Origin: Hamiltosporidium tvaerminnensis FI-OER-3-3
Lineage: Eukaryota; Fungi; Microsporidia
DNA length: 64,000 bases
Assembly (NCBI GenBank): GCA_022605425.2
Contig: CM061251.1
Span: 558,001-622,000, forward strand
Reading direction: 5' to 3'
The first letter of the stretch is position 1. Each line of letters begins with the position of its first letter. The notes beneath the pieces were generated by a model. The model ran no database searches. It was not told the origin of the DNA and saw nothing but the letters and a program-made list of their open reading frames with translations. The position numbers were made by a program, and so were the translations under genes. Below are positions 13,441 to 25,980 of the stretch, piece after piece.

Positions 13441-14490
13441 TCACTTAACAATTAATTTTTTTATAAAAAGTTTCAGTCGTCTTTCAAATAATTTATTCGG
13501 TTTTTTATCGAATTTTTTATTAATTTTTAGAAGTTTTAATGCCGTCTTAACATCTTTTTCAGATAATTTTTTTCCAGTTGAATTAACGGAATCAGTGCTT
13601 TTAGAATTTCCTCCTTTGTAATGAATATAATTGTAAAGTAATTTAAGTTTTTCTCTTTTGTTTTCAAATATTGGTAACAAATCAAAAGAATATAAATTTT
13701 TACTTGCAAGGTATAAATAACAATAAAAAGAATTTGCATTGAGTTCAAGACTTTTAAATTCGTTTAAATCTTCAATTTCAAATGCATTGCATAGAAAATG
13801 TGTGGGCTTAGAAATAAATTTTGTTTTTTTCATATTTAATTCTAAAACTTCTCTTTGTAATCTCGTCAATTTTACCGAATCAAGTTCAGAAAATTCACCG
13901 TTTACATTTTTAATTTGATTTTTTACCAACAAATTATTTTCAGAAACAGATTGCAATTCCTTCAAATATTCTTCTTTATCATTCATATATTCAAAGGTTT
14001 GATTAAATAAATATTCCTTGTGACATTCTGTATCTGTAAATTTATATCTACTAAAATCTATAAATTTAGAATTAAAAATATCTTTACTGGATAATCCAAG
14101 TCTCTCATTTATCGATCCTCTACTTGAATAAATTGCCATGCTTTTGATTGCAGAAATATTTACTACAATTTCATCATCAGAACTTAAACCAGATAATATT
14201 TCATATGCACCATTATAATATCCAAGATAATAAAGACACTGAGAAAGTAAAATCATAACCTTTGGTGTATTCTCTAACTTTTTCAAAATTCGAATACTTT
14301 TTTTATAATTCTTTAGTTTATACAAGCAATATGCATATTCATAAGAATTTTTATTTACAAAATTCAATGCTTCATTATATTTTTCCATATGAATACATGC
14401 TACACCTTTATATACATCATAGGTGGGTGAAGGTAACAAAGAAATAGCTTTATGATCTTTATTTTGAATCAATGATTGTAGTGTGTTCAT
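13441..14490 (-). CDS. SRP72: SRP72-like TPR protein (copy 1)
   Basis: TPR motifs YEYAYCLYKL, LSQCLYYLGYY and EYLFN resemble the SRP72 N-terminus; basic C-terminus; CCCTTCAAC-ATG start. Confidence 0.7.
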   Translation of the reverse strand: MNTLQSLIQNKDHKAISLLPSPTYDVYKGVACIHMEKYNEALNFVNKNSYEYAYCLYKLKNYKKSIRILKKLENTPKVMILLSQCLYYLGYYNGAYEILSGLSSDDEIVVNISAIKSMAIYSSRGSINERLGLSSKDIFNSKFIDFSRYKFTDTECHKEYLFNQTFEYMNDKEEYLKELQSVSENNLLVKNQIKNVNGEFSELDSVKLTRLQREVLELNMKKTKFISKPTHFLCNAFEIEDLNEFKSLELNANSFYCYLYLASKNLYSFDLLPIFENKREKLKLLYNYIHYKGGNSKSTDSVNSTGKKLSEKDVKTALKLLKINKKFDKKPNKLFERRLKLFIKKLIVK

Positions 14491-14592
14491 GTTGAAGGGT
14501 TTAAATATTTTTGACAAATAAATATTAAGGATGTGCGTTTTGGTTTTAAATTATCGCAGGGTCTTTTTAAATTATGATTAAATTTATATGTT

Positions 14593-14818
14593 GGTGGAGG
14601 GACGATAATCATATTAAAAATCATTTGCTTGGCAATGGGTGAATTTAATTGGTGTGAAAATCATTGTTATTTTTTGGTGGGATATAAACCCCCCCCCCGG
14701 ATCTATAGGTGAATCTCCTGTAATCCTGTGTTACAACAGATCGAAAGAAAAAAATAGAAAACCTCATTTGGGCATCGTCTACCCCGCCAGTTAAAAGAGG
14801 TCAGGAAATGGTAAGTAT
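14593..14818 (+). repeat. Short (~220 bp) copy S1 of dispersed non-coding family
   Basis: First ~110 bp shared with long copies; remainder (GATCTATAG, TTACAACAGAT, GAAAACCTCATTT, GTAAGTAT) shared with S2 and S3. Confidence 0.85.
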
Positions 14819-14844
14819 ATTTATATGCTATATAACTTATTTAT

Positions 14845-15530
14845 TAGAGCGATGATAACCACACTAAAAATCATCTGCTTGGCAATGAGTATGTGAAATT
14901 AATCTGTTCATCGTTCTTTGGATGTTTGGTGGTAATAAAACGACACGACATTTTCGATTGGCCCACAGAAATTTGTATGATAAGGAGAAGATCTACGAAT
15001 GATAAAACGTTTTTACAAATCTATTTTGTAGTTTTTTATGTAACTAGATCGGAGACCGCAGTAGAATTTATAAGTTAGTTCTATTGAGAAAAACGAAACT
15101 AACCATGCTTACTCGGGTTTGAAGAATTGCCGTTTGAGAGATACAAAAATAACACCTTTCATAAAACCACGAATTCTAAGTAACAAGTTAGGCTTGTTGG
15201 TATAAAATTATAATTCCTAGGTGAAATTCTATGTAGGTGGTAAGATAAATCTTAAGGTGGAAATTTATGAGGCACGGGAAATATAGAGTAAGTGGAGCCT
15301 TTATTGGTCTTTTAAAACCTAAACTAGTTCCGGCCTGTGATAACACACCAGGAAACGAATATATTGAGCCACGGGCAACTTTGATCTATTGAATTGATCA
15401 TATAACATTTTAAGTATAGGGTCTCAGGAGACACACATGGAGTATGGTGAGCAGTTATCTATGTAAACCTAGAACTTTGTTAATCCAAAAAAATGATATA
15501 ACATATGCCAGATTTTTTCGAAGAATGTCT
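14845..15530 (+). repeat. Long copy L2 of dispersed non-coding family
   Basis: Blocks ATAACCACA, TGCTTGGCAATGAG, ACTCGGGTT, TAGAGTAAGTGG, GGGCAACT, AGCAGTTATCTATG in conserved order. Confidence 0.85.
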
Positions 15531-15845
15531 TTTTTATTGAAGAAAAACTTATGTTGGTTTCTTTTTTGAAATAATAGAAGTATTTAAATTTGTATTAAAT
15601 GAAATTTGAGTCTTGGTTTTTACAACAATTTATGAATGTATTTACTATTTGTATATTGCATATATTTCTGTTGGCAATTTTCTAATCTAGACCTAACTGC
15701 TACAAAAAAGAACAAAATTAGTGACCTATCAAACAATTATAGATTAATCTGAAATGGAATTAAAACAAACCGCAAATTTACTTAATTCTGTCTTATTGAT
15801 AATCTACTACTTTTGTATTATAAATATTAATAAAAGAAAAAAAGT

Positions 15846-16585
15846 ATGAAACTAGTAATTATAAAATTGATCTCTGATACATTTTGTTATTTATTTTATG
15901 ACGATCAAGAAGCATTCATTATAGATTTATATGATGATAGTATAATTGATAAACTATTATCTTCGGAGATGAATAAAGATTTTCTAGATGAAAAAGACAT
16001 TGAGGCATTAAATAAGAAAAATAAAGAAAGAAAATAAATATTCGCATTTTTTACTGAACCATCAATGGAAGAAGAAAGAATTAAAACGTATCTCAAAACC
16101 AAATATGGTGATTCCACCAAAGTATTTCTTCCCGAAGCAAATAATAAAAAAGAGGTAACTATTAAACATATGAAAGATGGTACAATCATAAAATGTATAA
16201 AGACACCAGGTCACAGCTTGTATTCAAAGTGTTTTTTTGTAAAGTTAAATGATAATAGCAAGGCATATACCGCTGTTGGTAATTTATTTTCTTTTCTTGG
16301 ATGTAACGTTTCACATATATTCTCTAAAGAAATGTATGTAAAAAGTCTAAATAAAATTAAATAAGAAATTGATAAAGAATCTATTGTTTTGTACAAAAAA
16401 GATGAAAAAGCCAAAAATTTAGCATTTATAAAAAATAATAAATATGAAATATCTGATATAATATCAAAGAAGTCTTTTCTAAAATGTAAAGATGAAATAA
16501 TGTATAATCCTTTTTTTTAATTGTGGTAAATATTTTAAATGGTCTAGTGAAACTAAAAAATTTGAAAAAATGGTTAAAAAAATAA
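15846..16585 (+). pseudogene. Glyoxalase II (hydroxyacylglutathione hydrolase)-like, interrupted
   Basis: DTFCYLFYD..AFIID, IKTPGHS..CFFV, GNLFSFLGC, NLAF, EIMYNPFF. In-frame TAA at 16035 and 16362, frameshift in T-run near 16515, HxHxDH motif absent. Confidence 0.7.
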
Positions 16586-17205
16586 AAAAAAGTCCAACTT
16601 AAAAAACATGGTTATAATTATTAAACAATGTTTTATTGCAAAATATAGATTTTTTGATTCAAATCTCTTTAAGATTTTCTATTAAAATTTTTCTTTAAAT
16701 TTTCTTTACAATTTCATTTTAATTAGTTACAACATAAATTAGATAAATTAAAATTCTAAAATATTTGGCTAGCTCATACATATACTCAAAGCATATGATA
16801 TTTACAACAAATTTTGTATTGTTGAGTTGAATAATATTTTTTTTAAATCAAATAATTGCTATTTTATATATTTTATACAGCCGAAATGTTTTTTTCTATA
16901 CATTATTTATAACGAATTATCACGAATTTCATAATCTTACATACAAATTTTTTTTGTATTTAATTTAAATTAACTTACGTTTTGCATTTTAAAAATGTCT
17001 AGTTTAAGAAAATTAAGTTTTTCCCTACACATTTGCCAATGGTTATTTTTAATTTCGGTGTCGAAAAAATCCGATTTCTAATAAAAATTTACCAATTTAG
17101 TTCTTCGATAAATAAAATATTTTGTTTTTATTTTCGTTAAAACATGTATAATTTTTAATGAAAAAACAAAGAAAATAAAGTATTCAAAGATATTTAATAT
17201 AAAAT

Positions 17206-18045
17206 CTATCGAGAACAAAAAATACATTTTTCATTTTTAAATGATTTCAGGTTTTTGATACACCGATTATGAAAATTCTTATTACAAGAACTACATATAA
17301 AACAAACTTCGGTAATTAAATCATCACATATCAGACAAATAGGAATTTTTTTTGTTGAATTTAAAGTTAAAAGATTATTTTCATCATTTTTATTCTGTGC
17401 TTCTTTCCAATTGGTATGGTAAATTGTTTCTTTTTCTTCGCCCTGCTTCGATTCCGAGGAGTAATATTTAATATTTTTAAAATTCATGCTTTCATTTTTG
17501 TCTGTTTTGTAAATTTTAAATCTATTTTCGGTTTCAAAATTACAAAAAGTTGATTCGGGCAGCATAAAATTTGTAGGTGAAGCAATATTTTTTGGATAAT
17601 CAAATTTTCTCATCAAATCGTCTTTTTTTTCAAAAGATTGAATTTTAATTTTATTTTCTGACACGAAATCTACTTGTTTATAATTTTTTTCCTGTAAAAA
17701 TTTAGATTGACTCAAAAGTATTTTTTTATTTCTAAATAAATATGGTTGTTCTTGTAAAATATTTGTAGTTATTTTCATCAAGTCTTTTTTCTTTGATTCC
17801 TCATTGGTTTCATACGATTTATATTCATCTAAATCTACTTTTCTCGGGAATTTTAAGTCACTATTATTGATGCCACTGTAGAATTCAAGATATTTGATAT
17901 ATTTTATTGCCTCTTCAAGCACAGTAAGTGTACTACTTCTACGATGAGATAGATTAGGTATTAGAAATCTTAATACATTAATGCAATTTTTTTGTCTACT
18001 TCTTCTTTTCTTCTCATTAAATTTATGAGACTCTTTGTTCTTCAT
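17206..18045 (-). CDS. bHLH transcription factor with C-terminal C4HC3 (PHD/RING-variant) finger
   Basis: HKFNEKKRR..LRFLIP..TLTVLEEAIKYIKYL (bHLH) and CLIC..CSSC..FHNRC..CIFC. Confidence 0.8.
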   Translation of the reverse strand: MKNKESHKFNEKKRRSRQKNCINVLRFLIPNLSHRRSSTLTVLEEAIKYIKYLEFYSGINNSDLKFPRKVDLDEYKSYETNEESKKKDLMKITTNILQEQPYLFRNKKILLSQSKFLQEKNYKQVDFVSENKIKIQSFEKKDDLMRKFDYPKNIASPTNFMLPESTFCNFETENRFKIYKTDKNESMNFKNIKYYSSESKQGEEKETIYHTNWKEAQNKNDENNLLTLNSTKKIPICLICDDLITEVCFICSSCNKNFHNRCIKNLKSFKNEKCIFCSR

Positions 18046-19350
18046 CAATCCTCAACACCATAGAAATTATTTATAAATTGGTTCTCTGTTTCTTAGAACA
18101 TATCAAATAATTCTATTTTTCAAAACTTCATATTTGCTTTCAGATTTAATTTATTTCGAAATGAATAATTTAATTATATCAAATTTAATTAAAGTGATTC
18201 AATAGATTGAAAAATTAAGTATATATACATTCATTTCTATTATGGAATCAAAAAAAAAGAATTCCGTAATAAAAATTTAAAATTCAATAATGTTCTAGAT
18301 TTACTCAATAAAAAATAAATGCAAATCACTTATATTTAGATTGTTTCTGCTTTATACATAATATAACAAATATATCATGCATATTGTTTATTCGCAATAT
18401 TTTTGATTTCATTTTAATTGAAATCATATTTTTTCTTACAATTTAATTTGTGAGTAATTAGCTATCAAATTTAGTCGTAAAAAAACCAAAATGATGAAAT
18501 TAAACAGGAAGTTATTCAAATGCGCGATTTTACACATTTATTTCGTATTATTACGCAATAATTTATTATGCTTATCGTCTAATCAAATACTTGAACATTC
18601 ACATTTTAATCCTTCAAATTTTCTTTCTATTTGTAAAATCTTCAACAAAAAAACAACTCTAGCAGATAAAACATCATGAAATGTGATTCTATTGCTTGTA
18701 AAGTTAAAATATATTCTATAAACTGGTTGTTTGTTTTATAAGTTGAAATAATCAAATGATTATCTTTATTTATCATTAAATTTAATAAATTTAAAATAAT
18801 GGTTAGAATAATATTATTTATTGGTTGCTCAAATAGTGATAACCTTGTCTATTTCATATTATAGTTAATAAATTTATTGTTATTTTTGTAAAAAAAACAT
18901 AAATATCTGTAAAAGTTACGTTTAATAATAAAAATTCTCTTAAACTTCTAAATCGATAGACTTTTTTATAATTTTATGATCTTTACAAGTTACTTTTAAC
19001 TGTAAAAATTCTCATGAAAATTGTAAATTTATAAATTTTTTTGTAATTAAATTATTTGCTTTGATAAATTACAAAGAAAAAAATGTAAATATACAACTCT
19101 ACAATAATAAATAGAAAATATTAAATATAATTTTATTGATTTCTGTAAATTTATCGTAAAAATTTATTTTATAAATAAAATATTAAATACAAATTGCATG
19201 TCTGCATTTTTCATGCACAAAGAACTTTTCTAATGTTGTTATCTTCCCATATCTTTTTTAACTGAAATATAGAATACGATTTAGAATACTATTTTATGTT
19301 TTTTTTATAAAAATGTTTTTATAACTTTTTTAGCCCATTTATTTGCGTAA

Positions 19351-19629
19351 ATGAAAAAATCAAAAGAAATACAAAAAAAAAGAATCAACAAATTTCCTGC
19401 TGCCAGAATAAAAAGAATAATGCAAAGTGATGAAGAAATAGGAAAAGTAAGTACATCGGCTCCAATCGTTTTGGGTAAAGCTATAGAATTGTTTATGAAA
19501 GATATTATTATGTCATCAGTAGAAATTTCTAAAAAAAATAAAAGTAGTAAAATTACTATGAAAGAACTTGAAAATTTAATATCAGAAGTTCCAAAATTTG
19601 ATTTTCTAAATATTCTTATTAATAAATAA
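19351..19629 (+). CDS. BUR6: NC2 alpha (DRAP1/Bur6) histone-fold protein
   Basis: FPAARIKRIMQSDEEIGKV..AP..KAIELF..FDFL signature; GCCC upstream. Confidence 0.9.
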   Translation: MKKSKEIQKKRINKFPAARIKRIMQSDEEIGKVSTSAPIVLGKAIELFMKDIIMSSVEISKKNKSSKITMKELENLISEVPKFDFLNILINK

Positions 19630-19963
19630 ATATTCATGGTTTTTTTGCAATTTTATATTACGTTTTATAGTTCTTTTGGTCTTCAATCTGTAAATAAGCA
19701 TTCGTAAATGTAAAAGTAAATATATTTTTTACTTATCAAGTAGTGTGTCTTTATATTCTCAACAAATAAAATTTATATTGTTTTTAGTAGTTTATTATAT
19801 CTTATTTAATCTAATATTTCATTTGTTTTATAAATATTTTTGGTTTATTGTCTTTATCGGTTATAATCGAAATATTGAAAAATTTAATTGAGTTAATAAG
19901 CAAATCAAAGAATTGTAACACTTCATGTTTATTTTAATAGATTTTTTGATACTTAAGAGAATC

Positions 19964-20679
19964 TAGAGGGTTATAACCATTTGAAAAACCATTTGCTTGT
20001 CAATGAATAGGCGGAATTGATATATGAATTAATTGTTTGGATTTTTTGTGGGACTATAATCACACTTCATTTTTGTTTCCCCATTCAAATATACAGTGAA
20101 GAGAGTATACACAAAATCACCCAAAACTGCTACAAACTTAGTTCATGGTTTTTAATAAATATATATTGAAGAATGAAATTGTAGTTGTTGGTAATTGCGA
20201 TGTAAAAGCATGGAAACCTGGCCTCGTTCACTCGGGTTAGAAGACCTAGCCTTTGTGAGATAAAAAAGCATTCTCTTTAAGAAACTAGAAATTCTAGGTA
20301 GTAATTTATATCTGTTGATATAACATTGAAACACCAGGGTGGATTTTATTTAGGCACCGAGATATATTTTACTCGGATGGAATTCGGTTTTGAAAGTTTT
20401 GAATTTTTGGAAATTCTGCGGGTCCGAAAATCATAAAGAGTGTTTCTACATGTGATAAGATACCATGATACGACATTAAACAACCTCGAGTAACTTACCC
20501 GCTCATTAAATAGTTATACACACCTTTTAAATGAAAATGTTTGGGATGTATGTATCGAAAGAATACCGAAGAAGTATTAGAGGATCAGTTATCTATGTTA
20601 AACCTATAACTACCTCAATGTCATGAAAACAATATAACACTTGCCACTATTTTAAAAAGATGTGATACTTTTAAATAAA
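19964..20679 (+). repeat. Long copy L3 of dispersed non-coding family
   Basis: TAGAGGGTTATAACCA start, ACTCGGGTTAGAAGAC, TTTGGGATGTATGTATCG, AAGATGTGATACTTTTAAATAAA end. Confidence 0.85.
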
Positions 20680-21779
20680 AAAATTATCTATTTCAATCTT
20701 TATAAATTTCCTATTTCGTTATCTAAGGTTAATTAAAGTACCTGCTTATACCACCATATCGATGTAAAATTGTTATAAATTAGAATTAAACAGTTAAAAT
20801 TTTTATATTTCTATTAAAGCTTCTTATACATATTTTTGTTTTTTTGTACCTAAAAAATCGAAGTTTAAATGTACTTACATTAAATGTCACTTATAATGTA
20901 ATTTAAGGTTACTGATAAATATATTTAACTATATCTAAAACTTATGCTCGTTCTTGAAATTTTACATATGGAAATTTTTTTCAAGTCTTCGGTAGACGGG
21001 ATTTTAGGTCCAATTAAAAAAAATTACATAAAAATTTTATATGATTCAGATATGTTATTAACAATTTCAAAATAATCAAGAAATGTATAAATTAAACTTG
21101 TGTGTATAAAACGAAAGTATAAATACTAAAAAGCTACTCACTTTTGAGATGTAAATATCTTAAGATTTGTTATTATAACTAAAAGTTTCCCATAAAAGAA
21201 ATAAATATATTTGGTTTGTTGATTTTTAGGAATATTATGTAAATGAACATTTGCAAATTTTATAATTGCTGATTTTTCTAGAAAAAAAACAAATAATTTT
21301 TTATGGTAATATTATTCGAGTATGATGATATTTTTAGTGTCAAATGATTTTGATATCAGAAAATCTTTGAAAGGTTTTTGATTTACATTTTTACAATTAT
21401 TTGTGATCTAAATAAAAAGTTTTGAAAAAATTTGATTGTTAGTTTAAAATTATTATATTCAATTTTATTAAGAATATTTAGAATAAAATGAATATTCTTG
21501 TAAACTAATTTATTTATATATTTGTTTAAAAAAGTAATTTTTTATTGTTCTTAATGTTTTATATTTATTCAACTACTAATAAGATTGAATGCAATAGTAT
21601 ATCGATTTGAATTACATATTATCTCTTATCTTATATTAAAATGATTAGATAAATATTTCTAATTTTACTTGAAATGGATAAAAGAATGGTTTTTCGTTCT
21701 GGTTTCATTTTAATTTGATATAAGTATTTATAAATTTATCTTTTTTTTATAATTTTTGAAAATTTTTTGTAACCTTGAA

Positions 21780-23072
21780 ATGGAAAATAGGATTATCGAA
21801 ATGATCGAAAATAAAAATACGAAAAATATTTTATATTTAATGCAACGAGATAAAAGAATTCATGATAACTATTCTGTGTTGTACTCAATGGAGTTGGCTA
21901 ATGCATTATCTAGCGAATATTTTATTGGTACAATACTAGACGAAATCAAATTAAATGAACGGCAAAGAACTTTTGTTATTGAAGGACTTAAGGAAATTGA
22001 AGATGAATGTAAAGAATACAATATATATTTTTATTTGATAGATAAATTGGAAGAATTTTGTGCACAATATAATATTGACTGTATTGTGACCGATTTTTCT
22101 CCGTTGAAAGAATTCGATAAGTTTTACGAAAAGTTAAGAAGCTTATGCAAAAAACATAAATATTCGTTTTATGTTGTGGATTCACATAATATGGTTCCAT
22201 GTAAACTAATACCGACTTATTATAAATCTTCAAAGGCCGTCAAAACAAGATTGTACCAAAAATACAACCAGTATTTCAAAGATTTTGATACAATTAAATT
22301 TTATACAAATAATGATTCCAAAAGATGTAAAGAAATCAAAAACAATTTTCCAAAAACAACTGTAACGAATGGATTTAAAGGTGGGTACTCAAATGGAATG
22401 AAAGAAGTCGAATCATTCTTTGAAAATAGATTCGAAAATTATGATAAGTATAGAAATAAACCAGATTATGATGTACTGAGTAATTTATCGCCATGGATAG
22501 TCTCAGGTCAAATTAGTGCACAAAAAGTTGTATGGCTTGCATGTCATAAATTTTCAAATAAAAATGAAAATCTTGACACTTTTCTCAACGAAATATTTGT
22601 GTGGAAAGAAACGGCTGAACATTTCTGTTTATACAATAAAGATTATGATAATATTAATGGAGCATTACCATGGGCATATTCAACTTTGATGGATCATCAA
22701 GAAGATGAGCGAAACAATATTTATACGCTTGAACAGCTTGAAAAGGCAACTACTCATGATGATTTATGGAATGCAGGTCAAAAAGAAATGCTCATTACAG
22801 GAAAGATGCACGGATATGTGCGAATGTATTGGGCTAAGCAAATATTAAAATGGATACAAGATCCAAAAAAGGCGGTAGAAACCGCAGTTCAGTTAAATGA
22901 TAAATATTCTATTGATGGAAATTCTCCAAATGGTTATTTGGGGGTTATGTGGTGCATATGTGGTTCAATGGATTACGGATTTGCAGAAAGACCCATAATA
23001 GGCAAGATTAGACCAATGAATGCATTCAAAGCACCAAAGTATGTTGCAAAATGGGCAAATAAAAAGATTTAA
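21780..23072 (+). CDS. PHR: Class II CPD photolyase
   Basis: YLMQRDKRIHDN, LSNLSPW..GQISAQ, THDDLWNAGQ, GKMHGYVRMYWAKQILKW, DGNSPNGY, ERPIIGKIR. Confidence 0.95.
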   Translation: MENRIIEMIENKNTKNILYLMQRDKRIHDNYSVLYSMELANALSSEYFIGTILDEIKLNERQRTFVIEGLKEIEDECKEYNIYFYLIDKLEEFCAQYNIDCIVTDFSPLKEFDKFYEKLRSLCKKHKYSFYVVDSHNMVPCKLIPTYYKSSKAVKTRLYQKYNQYFKDFDTIKFYTNNDSKRCKEIKNNFPKTTVTNGFKGGYSNGMKEVESFFENRFENYDKYRNKPDYDVLSNLSPWIVSGQISAQKVVWLACHKFSNKNENLDTFLNEIFVWKETAEHFCLYNKDYDNINGALPWAYSTLMDHQEDERNNIYTLEQLEKATTHDDLWNAGQKEMLITGKMHGYVRMYWAKQILKWIQDPKKAVETAVQLNDKYSIDGNSPNGYLGVMWCICGSMDYGFAERPIIGKIRPMNAFKAPKYVAKWANKKI

Positions 23073-24378
23073 TAAAATGAAATAGTTCGATTTTTGTATA
23101 TTTTTAGATTCTTTCAACTACTTTAATCTATATTTTATAAATAATTACATAAATTAAAAAATTTAGTATATTTACTAGACATATACAACTTATTTGAATT
23201 TTTTTTTTCATATTCAAATGAAAACTCATTGTAAAATATTACAAACTAAATATCACCTTGTCGATTCCTATAAATATTTTTGACTTTTTATGGGTCTTTA
23301 AACACATGATTCTCTATTCGCTACGCATATACTTATCTGATGAATTGATTAAATATTTTAAAGAGTTTTAAGAATTATATTTCGGATTGTTATATATATT
23401 CAGGACTTAATCAAAACATATTTTATTAAATAGGTTGTTTTAGATAAAAACCTTCATAATATTTACATATATATTGGATTTCTTCCAATCCTGAGATTGA
23501 AGCAAATATAAAGTGTTTTTTTCTGGATTTTACATACAGAGAAGCTGTCATAACAAAATAAAAGTCGCTTTTCATTATTTAAACCAAAAATGAAACAAAA
23601 AATGACCTCAAAATTTATCCTCGGTAATAAACCAAATATTTAATAAAACATATATTATAATATCTCCTCATTCATTTAATTAATTATATCATAGAAAATA
23701 TTACAAATTAAACCTCTATTTATGGACTGAACGAAAAATATTTCTATAATTTCATTCAAAGTGCATAATTTGCCTACATCACAAGTAAATTCCTCTATTC
23801 TAGAATAGAAGTATTTCAACATGCTTTCAACGTTTGTAAAAATAATTAATGTCTAAGATAAATAAAAATAAATCTAATAAAAAAACCTATAAAAATATTT
23901 ATATAAAAGCCGTATAAACATAAAAAATTTTTTTTTATTAAACAACTGCCAAAAGCCAAAATTATATCTTGAAAATAATCAAAAACCCTATAAACTATTT
24001 TTAAAATAAATTTCTAAATTAAATCTCTCTTTAAGAAAAAAAGGCAATAAACACAATTTAATTTATAAATATACATCGTGTTATATAACGAGACATCTCT
24101 GTTAGGCTATTTTTATAATATATTGATTATATCTGAATTTTTTTAATAATTAAAAATACGAACCTATAAATATCATTAATTTCAAAACTTAATCAATTAA
24201 TATAAATTTATTGCCAAAATTTGTCAAACTTTATAAAATATTTATAAAATTGGGATTAGATTTTAAATTCAATTTTTATATTTAAATACTTTGATTTAAT
24301 CTTCAAATATTTCTTCTTGTTTTTATTCTACAAATATATAAAGAAAATATAGAATTATAATGAAAGTGAACAACCCAT

Positions 24379-24615
24379 ATGCCACATTCTTTATTAGATA
24401 TACTGACGACAACACTTCTTAAAACAGGTAATAAAGAAGAAATAGTAAGTGTTATCAATAAAAAGCTACAAGAAATTTCTTCTGTTACGAATCGATGGGA
24501 GGATCAAAACAATATGTCTGAAGATGAATATGATAAAATATTTTGTCAAATACTAAAATTGGAAGAGGAATATGAAGTTATAGCAAGTTTAAGTAAATTA
24601 AATAAAAATTTTTAA
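24379..24615 (+). CDS. Small hypothetical helical protein
   Basis: 78-aa ORF with ACCCAT-ATG context and protein-like composition. Confidence 0.6.
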   Translation: MPHSLLDILTTTLLKTGNKEEIVSVINKKLQEISSVTNRWEDQNNMSEDEYDKIFCQILKLEEEYEVIASLSKLNKNF

Positions 24616-24789
24616 AATGTAAATCAATATTTGTCCAGTAATTCGTTAATAGTAAATTTAAGTATTTTATCTGCTTTGTTGCGGGTATATAGCATAATAT
24701 TTATAGAAATGTAAATTCCGAGATGAAAAAAATATTTTCTTCTAGCTCCGGAGGTTATATAACTTTTTTATTTATACAAATTTAACTAT

Positions 24790-25980
24790 TTTTAAGTTAC
24801 AAAATATGGGTTAGAAGAAAAACGTGAGAAGAATTTAGAAGCAGTTCAATTTGCAAAAATAAATAACGAAATATAAAAACGAAAACCTCATTCTCGGTTA
24901 TATATTAAAGAAAAAGTGAGCGTGTAAGTGTTAGTGACACTTCAAAATGGCTAAAGAAAGAGAATATTAGGTCATGTGATGAAGCATTGTGCCATATTTT
25001 TCTGAAGACAGCCAAATTTGAAGTATGTCTCTCTCAAACAGATCGTCTACTCTCAACTGTTACATTCTCATAATAAAAATAGTTATTTTTAAAAATGAAA
25101 GAATTGTGTTTGTTTATATTATACATTTTGTGCACCCGTACAGTTTTACAAAAGATCTATATATGTTTCTAAAGCTTACTAAATTTAAAATATAAATATG
25201 ATTTCGAAATTTTGTGGTATGAAAAATAAACACATTGTTTTGCTATATCCAGGATAGAAATGTATTCTGGGATGCAGAAGGTATGAGCCAACACTTTAAT
25301 AAATCTGGTAAAACAATTGATCATGTAGAGAATTGAAAATGAGAAAATTCTCGGCTATGACTACACCAGGCGGCAAAATAAAGTGGTTAGACACCTTCCC
25401 CTTCCTCTTCTAAATAGATATAAATTTAAGTTTTCAAAACGAATTAAAAGTCACACAGTTAAAATTCTTTATAACGAGTATACAGAGATAAGAGTGGACA
25501 CCAGAATAAAAACCAAAGTCAATATTTTAGACATTAGACTGATTAATTGATTTTTGACAATAACCAAAATATGATGACTCTTATTGAAATAGAAATAACT
25601 TCCTAAGACACATTCTAAATAGATAAAACAGATAAATTCGCAAGTATGACCTATTAGCAAATAAGTTAGGTCTTATTCATAAAGAAAATTTGGAGACATT
25701 CCTTATAGGATAAATTGAGATGGTACTGTGACAAAATATCACCAGAAATATGCTAAATGACTGCAAATAATTATGAATGTGAAGGCCTATATCTAATCGA
25801 TAGTGCAAAAAAGGTAGTCGAAACAATTTTTATAGTCAGCTAAGAGGACTTGAGCCAAGACAAATTTCGAAACGATTTAAGAGACAGTATCATTAGGTGT
25901 TACCATAGGAACTTAGATACATGAACAACCAACATGCTTTACCTCCAAATATAATCGATAAGATAGTAATTAAAAGTAAA
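24790..25980 (+). mobile_element. Decayed 3' part of an RLE-type (R4/Dong/NeSL-like) non-LTR retrotransposon
   Basis: Broken frames WLKKENIR..DEAL, KTIDHV..ILGYDYTRR, YDLLANKLGLI, VETI; nucleotide similarity to 58650-58890. Confidence 0.7.

Noticed and set aside
14593-14818. Firm U1 snRNA call on the minus strand
   Set aside because: ATACTTACC is present but the U1-70K loop (GATCACGAAG) and a clear four-way junction are not; kept only as a hypothesis.
19305-19637. Antisense or overlapping ORFs over real genes (also 2451, 13536, 14262, 21988, 30975, 42256, 43114, 51437, 53954, 62211)
   Set aside because: Shadows of AT-rich coding frames with no independent support.
23533-23550. U6-like ACAGAGAAG box
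   Set aside because: Lacks the following ATTAGC and the internal stem-loop.
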